The notes under the pieces are model-generated. The model saw only the letters and a list, made by a program, of their open reading frames with translations, made no database searches and had not been told where the DNA came from. Both the position numbers and the translations under genes were made by a program. A DNA stretch of 24,980 nucleotides from Pseudobdellovibrionaceae bacterium (GTDB lineage: Bacteria; Bdellovibrionota; Bdellovibrionia; Bdellovibrionales; Bdellovibrionaceae): positions 1 through 24,980 of the forward strand of contig JBIKLL010000037.1 in the NCBI GenBank assembly GCA_044359815.1, given 5' to 3'. Positions within the stretch are counted from its first letter, which is position 1, and every line of letters begins with the position of its first letter. Below, in pieces: positions 1-8,032 of this stretch.

Positions 1-698
1 GACGCATGATCGATTTTTTGAATCCCATGAAATCCGCCCAAACAAAATCTGCCAACCCGGTAAAGAACAATGGCCCACAAACAACCACCCAGCAGACACA
101 AAATCCAACCAAACTGATAAATAGTGTTTTCAATAATCGAAAACTGTTGTTCCTCGATTTCCTGAGTTGATTTAGCAGAATGATCCTGAGCCGAATTTAT
201 GATTTCTGGTACATTGGTTTTACCCAAATGCATGGTTCCTTTGGACTGTTCGCCCTTGATGTCAATCAGTCCACCATGTCTGACAATGGGTTTTATAGCT
301 ATTAAGGACTGTACCTGCAGATCTTGTTCAAACCATCGCCCCAGTGTGAATGATCCTGACCTGACGGCTTTACGTCTTTCGACATCAACTATTTGATAGC
401 TCAGAGAAGAACCACTCAGTAATCCCGTCCAAAAATAATCTATTTTTTGGTTTTCGGCTTCCAACAATAAACATTGAGTGTCCTGACAGTTTTGAAAGGC
501 CTCACTGGGATCCAGAAATATCAGATTTGAAAAGCCTGCTGTGTAGCTTTTGACACTTTCTTGTATGGTCTTGGCGATCCAAAGTTCTTCGGCCTTTTTG
601 GCTTTGAACAGAACTGTGATCCTGCCAAAATATTCGGGCTCAGCAAAAGCTGATTGAACAAAGAAAACTAAAATGAGTAAAAAGGTCCTTTTTATCAT
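1..698 (-). CDS. Partial (3'-truncated by the window edge) secreted/membrane hypothetical protein, not in the ORF track
   Basis: Manual translation from the ATG at 698 is open to the window edge (about 232 codons): MIKRTFLLILVFFVQSAFA|EPEYFGRITV... It has a signal peptide, a CQDTQC cysteine pair and a later hydrophobic helix (FGWILCLLGGCLWAIVLY). Confidence 0.8.
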   Translation of the reverse strand, partial: MIKRTFLLILVFFVQSAFAEPEYFGRITVLFKAKKAEELWIAKTIQESVKSYTAGFSNLIFLDPSEAFQNCQDTQCLLLEAENQKIDYFWTGLLSGSSLSYQIVDVERRKAVRSGSFTLGRWFEQDLQVQSLIAIKPIVRHGGLIDIKGEQSKGTMHLGKTNVPEIINSAQDHSAKSTQEIEEQQFSIIENTIYQFGWILCLLGGCLWAIVLYRVGRFCLGGFHGIQKIDHA

Positions 699-750
699 GA
701 GCACATTCCATGGTAGGAAGGGTCTGTATCTGAAAGGAGTCTAGATTAAA

Positions 751-786
751 TAAGGGCTAAGTTTTATTAACTTAGGTCTGCCCTTA
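751..786 (-). terminator. Stem-loop at the end of the tkt/hypothetical unit, possible intrinsic terminator
   Basis: Minus strand reads TAAGGGC-AGAC-CTAAGTT-AATAA-AACTTAG-CCCTTA, then TTTAAT. The stem includes the TAA stop of 784..1488. The U-tract is short. Confidence 0.4.
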
Positions 787-1488
787 CTTTAGTGTGGGTA
801 CAATTTTATTGATGCGTTCCTGGAATTCTAATGCCAATTCGATTTCGGAACTAACCATTTTTGCAATTTCCAAATAAACAGGATCCTCAGTAATTTGCTG
901 CTGAGTCATGCTGTATATGTCTTTATTAATCAGTTCCTTGTTTTTGTTTAAGTGGTCTGATCTTTTTGACTTAATGTCTTTCCCGATTTTTTTAATCTCT
1001 GAAAGCTGCTCAATATTTGCTTTCCACATGGCTTTCTGAGCTGCCAGATCTAACAACGTTGAATCTATCTGAGAGTTAGCAATAGTGGGCAACTTGGTTT
1101 TCAGAACAGCCTTTGTAATAGCTGATTTCACTTGATCATTTATATTGTCGTCTTTGAAGTTTTCTTTTGCATACCCAATTAATCCCTGACCAAGTTGCAA
1201 TCGCACATTTGTACAAATAAAATCATTCAAATTAAAAAAATGGGTGAGCCCCGCCTTTGGGTCAGTTTTTAGAGCCGTCGAAACAAGCTTAGGTTCCTGT
1301 TCATTCATTGAAGGTAGGTCATTTAACAAATCCAATGCTTTGTTAAAATTTTTATTTGTGATCGTTTTAAATTTTTTAGCCTGTTCACCTATTTTTTTAC
1401 AGGTCGTAGACTGTGGTTTGATAGCCAAAAAAGAATCCATTTCAGGATTTGATGCCGCTGCAATTAATGAAAATATTAGCAATATCAT
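784..1488 (-). CDS. Hypothetical protein, probably secreted and alpha-helical
   Basis: 234-aa ORF with a short hydrophobic N-terminus (MILLIFSLIAAAS). It starts 1 nt after the transketolase stop. No recognisable motif. Confidence 0.75.
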   Translation of the reverse strand: MILLIFSLIAAASNPEMDSFLAIKPQSTTCKKIGEQAKKFKTITNKNFNKALDLLNDLPSMNEQEPKLVSTALKTDPKAGLTHFFNLNDFICTNVRLQLGQGLIGYAKENFKDDNINDQVKSAITKAVLKTKLPTIANSQIDSTLLDLAAQKAMWKANIEQLSEIKKIGKDIKSKRSDHLNKNKELINKDIYSMTQQQITEDPVYLEIAKMVSSEIELALEFQERINKIVPTLK

Positions 1489-1489
1489 T

Positions 1490-3457
1490 TTAATCCCCCT
1501 TCACTGCGCGAACGATCGCATCTGAATCGATACCGTGTTTTTTGTATAAATCCTTGGCCGTGTAAGCGCTTTGTCCAAATTCACCTTTAACTGCCAACGA
1601 TTTAAACTCAATGGAAATTTCATTTTTAGACAATTCATAAACCATGCGTTCAGCCATGCCACCGATTTCTTGGTGATCATCAACGTAAACAATTTTCTTG
1701 ATGCCATCAAAATGGGGCTTCAAGGCACCGACATTGGGTCTGTTAATTAAAACAGGATTTATAACTGTCACTTGAATTTTTTCATCCATAAGTTTTTTCT
1801 GAGCTTCCAATGCTTCGGCAAGCATGGATCCGCTGGCCACAATGGCGACCTTGGCTGCTGCTTTTGCAAAAACCTGAGGTTTATCCAATCCGTATTCACT
1901 GACACCAAAACTGAGCGGAAAATTTTCGCGCCCCAAGAAAAACACATAGGATTTTTGAGTCTTGGATATTGAATTGATGGCTTTATACATTAAGATTTCA
2001 GCTTCTTCAGCGCAGCTCAGGGTGTAAACTTCAACATTAGGAATGCTGCTTACCTGAGCCAGATAAGTCAGTGACTGATGAGAAGCCCCATCTGCAGCGT
2101 CCTGAAATCCAGTGTGCGAAAAAACACAAATAATCGGAGCATTGGACAATGATGCCATGGTCAGAGGTAAAGCTCCTTTTGTCACACCAAACTGAGCAAA
2201 GGTATCCACCACTGGGATAAATCCGTTTTTAGAAAACCCCGCAGCCACTGAAACCATATTGCTCTCAGCAACACCCACGTCAAAAGAATCATTGGGAAAT
2301 TCTTTTCTGAATCCAGCGACACCCGTCGAACCTGGTAAATCAGAGGTTATAGAAACTATGGGCAGACCGGCTTTTTTAGCCTTGATCATTGCTGCTGTGA
2401 TGCCCAATTGAATTTTGTCTTTTTTAACACCTGAAGAGTCTGATTTTTTTGAAGCCTTATCCTGTTCGATTTTTTTAAGGTCTTCAATCCACTGTGTGAA
2501 CATCATTGGAACTGGTTCACCCAGATAAATTTCACTGATAAATTCATTGAGCTCGTTTGCGCTTTTTAAAGGAAACCCGTGAGCACCTGATGATGATTGT
2601 GCTGTTTTTTGTGTGCCGTAGCCTTTGATTGTTTTTGCATGAATAGCGATGGGCACCTGAGGATTTTTTGAAGCTTCCAGAATGGCTTCACCGATGACGT
2701 TGGTGCATTTTTGCAAATCATGACCCTCGGCCAGTTTAATGACCTTCCATCCCAGTGTGGACAAGGATTCAAATGTCGGCGTCATCGAAAAACTTTCTTT
2801 ATCAATTCTGCCTGACAATTTTGTATTGTTGTCGCTTATGATCATCACAAAAGGATTCAATTGGTTGCTTTTTGCAAAGCCGGGAATGGCAGCAAATGAT
2901 TCGCGGGCTTCACCCTCCATGCTGGCCCCATCAGATATAGCCACCAATGTGATTCTGGAATTTCCCAGCTTTTTATCGGACATTGCTAGCCCCTGAGCTT
3001 GCGGAAAAGCTGAGCCTAAAGGACCATTGCTGAGCAATATAGCTTCTGGAAACAAATGGGCTTCACCGTGACCAGTTAATTTAGAATCTATGGATCTGAA
3101 TTTTTTCAGATCATCAATTTTCATCCCAGCAAAGCCGTAGTTGGCCCTCAGGGCGTACAAGCCATTTTCGCAGTGACCAGCGTCGTTCACGAAATTAAAT
3201 TTTTGATGCCATTCACCGCCAGATTCTTTTGATAGCTGATACATCAATCCAAAAGTTGCGCTCATGAGCTCGGCAAATGCCGAAGGCCCTCCAAAGTGGG
3301 ATGCGGCTCCGCCAAGGACTGCATTCATATCCATCAAAGCAATCATAGCTCTGGTGGATTTGGGATCTGCCAGATCTAATTGTTTACCCTGAAAGGTTAC
3401 TGATTTTGCAAATTGCAATGGACCTGTGGGATTGGAAGCTAGCTTTTGTGTGTTCAT
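1490..3457 (-). CDS. tkt: Transketolase-family ThDP enzyme, single chain (N-terminal + pyrimidine-binding + C-terminal domains)
   Basis: Motifs ASHFGG, DAGHC, LTGHGE, NGPLGS, ThDP motif SDGASMEG...DNN, KTIKGYG, HGFPL, DVGVAESNM and DGASHQ. Start moved to ATG 3457 (MNTQKL) because the longer ORF overlaps the divergent deaminase. Confidence 0.85.
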   Translation of the reverse strand: MNTQKLASNPTGPLQFAKSVTFQGKQLDLADPKSTRAMIALMDMNAVLGGAASHFGGPSAFAELMSATFGLMYQLSKESGGEWHQKFNFVNDAGHCENGLYALRANYGFAGMKIDDLKKFRSIDSKLTGHGEAHLFPEAILLSNGPLGSAFPQAQGLAMSDKKLGNSRITLVAISDGASMEGEARESFAAIPGFAKSNQLNPFVMIISDNNTKLSGRIDKESFSMTPTFESLSTLGWKVIKLAEGHDLQKCTNVIGEAILEASKNPQVPIAIHAKTIKGYGTQKTAQSSSGAHGFPLKSANELNEFISEIYLGEPVPMMFTQWIEDLKKIEQDKASKKSDSSGVKKDKIQLGITAAMIKAKKAGLPIVSITSDLPGSTGVAGFRKEFPNDSFDVGVAESNMVSVAAGFSKNGFIPVVDTFAQFGVTKGALPLTMASLSNAPIICVFSHTGFQDAADGASHQSLTYLAQVSSIPNVEVYTLSCAEEAEILMYKAINSISKTQKSYVFFLGRENFPLSFGVSEYGLDKPQVFAKAAAKVAIVASGSMLAEALEAQKKLMDEKIQVTVINPVLINRPNVGALKPHFDGIKKIVYVDDHQEIGGMAERMVYELSKNEISIEFKSLAVKGEFGQSAYTAKDLYKKHGIDSDAIVRAVKGD

Positions 3458-3502
3458 ATTTTTCCGTTTCAATGAATAACTTTTCATGGTTATCTGAGTC
3501 CT

Positions 3503-4507
3503 ATGGAATTTGGTCAACAGTTTAAAACCCGAGTTGAATTTTGGCGCTCGTTTCCCAAAATCGAGCTGCACAGACACATTGAAGGCTCAGTCAGACTGTC
3601 AACACTCAATGAATGGCAAAAACAGGATACCAAATCAGATATTTCGGTGCAAAAAACTGCTGAAGACTTGTTGATACAGAATCAGATGAAGGACTTATCC
3701 ACAGTGCTGCACCGGTTTTTGCACACTAGGGATATGATTAGCTCGACAGAAAGACTGACACGTCTGACCTTTGAAATCATCGAAGACTCTTACAATGATG
3801 GAATTAAATTATTGGAACTAAGATACAGTCCAACCTACCTGTCAGAGAACAATTCTTTTAATTGGGAACAAGGTTTAGAGGCCATCAATCAAGGGATAAA
3901 AATGGCAGCCAATCTGCCCGTGGCTGTGGGATTAATCGGCATTATCCAAAGAACCGTGGATTTAAAATTGTCCCAAAAGGTTATGGAGTTTTTTAAAACC
4001 AACAGCAGATATTTTGTGGGTTTGGATTTGGCTGATGATGAGAACTACAGACAAACTGCTGATTTTGAAGTTTTATTTAAAAATCGAACACTGCCACTGA
4101 CAGTGCATTCTGGGGAGTCCCCTGGAAGCCATGAAAATGTTCGCGATGCCGTGCTTAAATTAGGCGCAGAAAGAATCGGTCATGGCTTGCAAATAAGGGC
4201 TTCAGCCGAAATTCAACAATTGGTTAAGGAAAAAAAAATAGGTTTGGAGCTTTGCCCCACAAGTAATTTTATTACTGCTACTATTCAAAACATTAATGAT
4301 CACCCGCTTAAAGCTTTTTTAGACTCAGAAATAATTTGCAGTTTAAATTCTGACGATCCCGGAATTTTCAATATCACATTGAGTCACGAATATGCCTTGT
4401 GCGAGAAATCATTCGGCTTTTCTGAAACGGAATTTAACAAACTGAATAATTATGCAAAAAAAATGAGTTTTATAAATGACTCAGTCAAAAATAAATTTTG
4501 GCCTTAG
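3503..4507 (+). CDS. add: Adenosine/adenine deaminase
   Basis: PKIELHRHIEGS (metal HxH), ELRYSP, HSGE, RIGHG, ELCPTSN and NSDDP are canonical ADA-family motifs. Confidence 0.92.
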   Translation: MEFGQQFKTRVEFWRSFPKIELHRHIEGSVRLSTLNEWQKQDTKSDISVQKTAEDLLIQNQMKDLSTVLHRFLHTRDMISSTERLTRLTFEIIEDSYNDGIKLLELRYSPTYLSENNSFNWEQGLEAINQGIKMAANLPVAVGLIGIIQRTVDLKLSQKVMEFFKTNSRYFVGLDLADDENYRQTADFEVLFKNRTLPLTVHSGESPGSHENVRDAVLKLGAERIGHGLQIRASAEIQQLVKEKKIGLELCPTSNFITATIQNINDHPLKAFLDSEIICSLNSDDPGIFNITLSHEYALCEKSFGFSETEFNKLNNYAKKMSFINDSVKNKFWP

Positions 4508-4545
4508 AGGATTTAGATAAGTAGCCCTTATATAAAAAATCAAAA

Positions 4546-4572
4546 TAAAAATTTTGCAAAAGTATCCGATTG
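4546..4572 (+). promoter_or_regulatory. Sigma28 (FliA)-like promoter
   Basis: TAAA (4546-4549), exactly 15 nt, then TCCGATTG (4565-4572), against the consensus TAAA-N15-GCCGATAA. It lies just upstream of the structured leader. Confidence 0.55.
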
Positions 4573-4591
4573 CGGTGTTTATAGTGATTCA

Positions 4592-4728
4592 TGTTTCACG
4601 CAAGTGAAGCAGACTTTCAGAGGGGAAAAGGAAGCTGGGGGGAGGGGTACCCCCCTGCGACCTTAAACTGAAGGTAAATGACGGTCCACGCTGGACCGAA
4701 CGTTGTTCCAAAGAGGGGAAGAACAATG
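4592..4728 (+). ncRNA. Structured 5' leader or small RNA with four hairpins and repeated GAGGGG motifs
   Basis: H1: TGTTTCAC-GCAA-GTGAAGCA (4592-4611). H2: ACTTTCAG/CTGAAGGT (4613-4675) enclosing AAGG/CCTT and G6/C6 stems. H3: CGGTCCA-CGC-TGGACCG (4682-4698). H4: CGTTGTTC/GAACAATG (4701-4728), with the RBS in the loop and the ATG in the stem. Confidence 0.6.
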
Positions 4729-5598
4729 ACTTCAAGGAAAGAAATTATTAGGCACAGTAGTATTCAATTGTTGGTGGTAGCTTTGTTGGCAGCGTGTGCT
4801 CCGACTAAAAACCATCAATCAAATGGTACTAAAGATTTATCAACAAATTTGCAGATCACAACTTTAGAGGAAGAGCTGAAACCATCTTCTAAAATCGTTG
4901 GTGGCGTGGCCGTTGCTTCAGAAGAATCAATCGCTACCTCTACAGTGGCTCTGTATAATCCGGTTACTGGCGAGCTTTGCACAGCAACAATCGTTGGCAA
5001 AAACTTAGCAGTCACAGCTGCTCATTGTGCCAGTTACCAGGTTGAAAACTCCATTTTGATATTTGAAAGACATTTGCCCAACAGCAGCTCTGATATGAAG
5101 CCTGTCTACAGAAAAATTCTGAAAGGCAAAACTCACCCTGATTATAATGCCAATAGTGATGGCAAAAACCAGGGGGATATTGCGTTGCTGAGGTTCTCAG
5201 GGGATTTGCCGGCTGGCTATAAGCCCTCATTGTTACTGAAGAACAAAGCTTTTTTAAAGCCAGGCATGGATGTGATTATTGCGGGGTTTGGAATGTTGAG
5301 CATGGTGCCCGAAGTTGAAGCAACGGCACTGATGAAAGCTCAAATTCAGATCTCAAATCCAAATTACAGTGAATCAGAAGTTTTATTTGAACAGTTCGAA
5401 GGCCGCGGCGCATGCCACGGAGACTCAGGGGGTCCGGCCTTCGTTTTTGCGAACTCACAACAGATCTTGTTTGGCGTAACCAGTCGATCGGCCACACTCA
5501 ATGGCGGAAGCACTTGCCTTGAGGGATCCATTTATACTAGTGTCTCGTTTTATTTACCATGGCTTAAATCTGTCGCAGCCGAAATATTGCGCGACTAA
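4726..5598 (+). CDS. Trypsin-like (S1) serine protease, predicted lipoprotein zymogen
   Basis: Catalytic motifs TAAHC, GDIALL and CHGDSGGP; activation site K|IVGG; lipobox LLAAC. The ATG at 4726 is preferred because AGAGGGG lies upstream of it. Confidence 0.92.
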   Translation: MTSRKEIIRHSSIQLLVVALLAACAPTKNHQSNGTKDLSTNLQITTLEEELKPSSKIVGGVAVASEESIATSTVALYNPVTGELCTATIVGKNLAVTAAHCASYQVENSILIFERHLPNSSSDMKPVYRKILKGKTHPDYNANSDGKNQGDIALLRFSGDLPAGYKPSLLLKNKAFLKPGMDVIIAGFGMLSMVPEVEATALMKAQIQISNPNYSESEVLFEQFEGRGACHGDSGGPAFVFANSQQILFGVTSRSATLNGGSTCLEGSIYTSVSFYLPWLKSVAAEILRD

Positions 5599-5616
5599 AA
5601 TTTTAGGCCACTACTT

Positions 5617-5656
5617 AAACGGAGTTGGTTTTATACCCAACTCCGTTTCTATTTCT
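5617..5656 (+). terminator. Intrinsic terminator after the protease
   Basis: AAACGGAGTTGG (5617-5628), 8-nt loop, CCAACTCCGTTT (5637-5648), then a T-rich tail. Confidence 0.8.
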
Positions 5657-5795
5657 GGGATATTGAAATTCTTTTTGTGATTCATTTATTAAGATTCTTT
5701 TAAATTTCTGTTTTTTAAAATCCTGACAGACAAACCTAGTTGCAATTGCAGGCATATCTGAATATCAAACAATTAAAATTACAAATGGAGGAATT

Positions 5796-6173
5796 ATGAA
5801 AAAACTTATTTCAATGTGCACAGTCTTGGCTTTTGCTTTAGCGCTGTCTGCGGTTAATCCAACACCTGCTTATGCAGAAGACGACGACACAGGGGCCTAC
5901 ACTGTTTTGCTGTTGGTTGGTGGATTTATTATGCTTTTTTCCAGCACAGGGGCTTTCACCAAGGCTATTTCTGCACCCGTCGGCTTTGACAAGGTTTCTG
6001 ATAAATCTAAAAAAGAACTGGGCGCTGTTCAGTTTCAAAAATTCAGTCAAGCTATGGGCGAATGCGAACACCCAGAAAATGTGATGGCACAATACGGAAA
6101 CGCTGGGGAAGCCACTCGAACATTTATCAGCTTTTACAACAGCAAAATTTTTGAAGCCGCTTGTTTGCAGTGA
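5796..6173 (+). CDS. Small secreted protein with a hydrophobic segment at the mature N-terminus
   Basis: RBS GGAGG; signal peptide ending AYA|EDDD; then hydrophobic YTVLLLVGGFIMLF and a short C-terminal domain with two Cys. Confidence 0.85.
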   Translation: MKKLISMCTVLAFALALSAVNPTPAYAEDDDTGAYTVLLLVGGFIMLFSSTGAFTKAISAPVGFDKVSDKSKKELGAVQFQKFSQAMGECEHPENVMAQYGNAGEATRTFISFYNSKIFEAACLQ

Positions 6174-6177
6174 TTTT

Positions 6178-7050
6178 GTGAAGGCATTGTTTTTTGCAAT
6201 CACGATGCTTTTTTGTCAGGGCCTTTGGGCTGAACCACAGATTTTTGTGGGGATGTTTCCACCGGCCCTGAAGCCTTCGGCTATGGGTGGGCATTTTTTA
6301 ATTGCTGTGACCGATCAGGATTCACCCAATATATTTACGGCTGACATTTATGATTTCTATCCTGAAACAGATTCGCCGATACCACAATTGCTGGTTGAAA
6401 AAACAAAATTTTTTAATCACTACCTGGCCAGCATCAATGATCCACAAATCAAGTATTTGTTTTTACCCCTTAATAAAAATTATTTTGATTTCAATAAAAT
6501 TTCAGAAATCCTCAAGCAGCTCGCCCTGCAATCTAAATTAGGAAACTACAACCTGCTGTCCAACAATTGCGTGACCAAGGTTATCGAGATTTTGAATCAA
6601 TCCCGACTAAACATTGATCCCATCCCGCTGGGTTGGACTCCTGATTTTGTTGAAAACGCCGCTATTCTGAACAGGTATCCAGCATCCTTTATTCGTTATC
6701 TGACCAAACACAAATTAGCGACAGGACCCGCACAAATATTTTCTGCAAATCAAATCAGTTCACTGAAATATTTTAAAGTTCACGATTCAGCAAAAAATTG
6801 GGTTCACTGCCAAAACTATCAACCGATCTCAGCTACAGTTTTGACCAAAGCCATAGGCCAGTCGGCAAAAGCTTCGGATGATTCATCCCTGCGGTTTGCT
6901 GATTCTGTTTTCGATTTTCTAAAGACCTCAAAATCAGAATGTCATGAATCAAAACGAAAGCTTTTGTTAGATTATTTTTCGATGACCCCATCCAGTAACA
7001 AACCATTGAGGCGCAAAATTAATCAGGCCTTGGCTGAATCCCACAGATGA
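6178..7050 (+). CDS. DUF4105/Lnb-N-like (permuted papain-fold) His/Cys acyltransferase or peptidase, secreted
   Basis: PSAMGGHFLIAV (His codon 6292) and YNLLSNNC (Cys codon 6568) resemble the S-x-x-GH...Y-x4-NC signature. A GTG start at 6178 gives the signal peptide MKALFFAITMLFCQGLWA|EP. Confidence 0.65.
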   Translation: MKALFFAITMLFCQGLWAEPQIFVGMFPPALKPSAMGGHFLIAVTDQDSPNIFTADIYDFYPETDSPIPQLLVEKTKFFNHYLASINDPQIKYLFLPLNKNYFDFNKISEILKQLALQSKLGNYNLLSNNCVTKVIEILNQSRLNIDPIPLGWTPDFVENAAILNRYPASFIRYLTKHKLATGPAQIFSANQISSLKYFKVHDSAKNWVHCQNYQPISATVLTKAIGQSAKASDDSSLRFADSVFDFLKTSKSECHESKRKLLLDYFSMTPSSNKPLRRKINQALAESHR

Positions 7051-8003
7051 TTCAAATACTGCTAATTTCATTGTTAGGTTGGTCCGATTTGCGCTGCCAG
7101 GATTCATTTAGAACCTTTAGCGCTGAGAAATATTTGAATCAAAAATTAGGAGTTCAACAGATGACAGAACTGTTGACTGATTTGCAACTGAGCTCCGAAA
7201 TAAAAAATATTTTGATCAACACTGAATTTATCGAAATCGGCGCTGGCAAATTGGTCAAGCCCATTTCGATATTACCCAGATCATGGTTTGAGCAGTCTTA
7301 TGCACAGGCCTATCGCAATTACTGGTTGATTGGTAAAATCAAAGCCCGCGTAACCTGGAATCCATCAGTGTTTAAAACTGAAACCGATCTGGCAAAAGGC
7401 ATCATTGAATTTCTGTATCAGACTCACAAGGCTCAGTTGTTGAGTGTGAATTTCTTGGACCGCTTAGCAATCTATGGTCGCACTCCGATCAATTTTAAAC
7501 AGACATTAATGATCCACAAAAGCTTTATAATCGCACGAGAAAATGTATTGCTGAGTCTGAAACAAAACCTATCAAAACATCCGCAAAACGCACTTTCAGT
7601 TGTGGTCAATGCGGCACGGGCCATTAGCACATTGGATTGGATGTTTTTGAAACTGTCCTACGATGGCGTATTGGTATCGATGATTCAAAATGAAAGTCTG
7701 ACATATAAGTGGACTCAAGGATCCTTCAGAACCCTGGGATGGATTTACAGACATTTCAAAAATTTTTCTTATGCCACAGTGACCTTTGTAAGCCTGCAAG
7801 CGATCTCTGATTGGGAAAACGTCAGTAAAATGATTGACGGCGTTTTAAAACAACAAAATCAATTGCAGTGGACTCAAGCCCAAACCCTGGAATTTCAAAC
7901 CCAACTGGGTCACCAGATTGCAGAAAACCCAAATCTAACCCCCCAAGAAAAAGCCTTTTTCAAAAAACTGATGGACACTGATTCAGGATCTGATGTCCAA
8001 TAG
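7047..8003 (+). CDS. Hypothetical protein with a hydrophobic N-terminus
   Basis: 318-aa ORF with an ATGA overlap with the upstream gene. No recognised motif. Confidence 0.75.
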   Translation: MIQILLISLLGWSDLRCQDSFRTFSAEKYLNQKLGVQQMTELLTDLQLSSEIKNILINTEFIEIGAGKLVKPISILPRSWFEQSYAQAYRNYWLIGKIKARVTWNPSVFKTETDLAKGIIEFLYQTHKAQLLSVNFLDRLAIYGRTPINFKQTLMIHKSFIIARENVLLSLKQNLSKHPQNALSVVVNAARAISTLDWMFLKLSYDGVLVSMIQNESLTYKWTQGSFRTLGWIYRHFKNFSYATVTFVSLQAISDWENVSKMIDGVLKQQNQLQWTQAQTLEFQTQLGHQIAENPNLTPQEKAFFKKLMDTDSGSDVQ

Positions 8004-8032
8004 TTGAAACTACAAATCTGAATGAGGTTTTA

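Noticed and set aside
199..396. 65-aa plus-strand ORF
   Set aside because: Antisense shadow of the real minus-strand gene at 1..698.
3458..3577. N-terminal extension of transketolase overlapping add head-to-head
   Set aside because: Artefact of longest-ORF calling; ATG 3457 removes the overlap.
4622..4647. G-quadruplex from the G-runs
   Set aside because: It would need the G6 run split without a loop, and the adjacent C6 tract offers a simpler duplex. Not supportable alone.
4592..4728. Leader as a known c-di-GMP-I/II or purine riboswitch
   Set aside because: I could not find the consensus elements of those classes by eye, so it is kept as an unclassified structured RNA.
5722..5750. Sigma54 promoter or operator (TTGCA, palindrome TGCAATTGCA) upstream of 5796
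   Set aside because: No GG at the required distance from either GC, and a 10-bp palindrome alone is weak evidence.
5838..6203. 121-aa antisense ORF and 70-aa alternative-frame ORF over the small secreted gene
   Set aside because: No RBS or protein-like features; 5796..6173 has the RBS and signal peptide.
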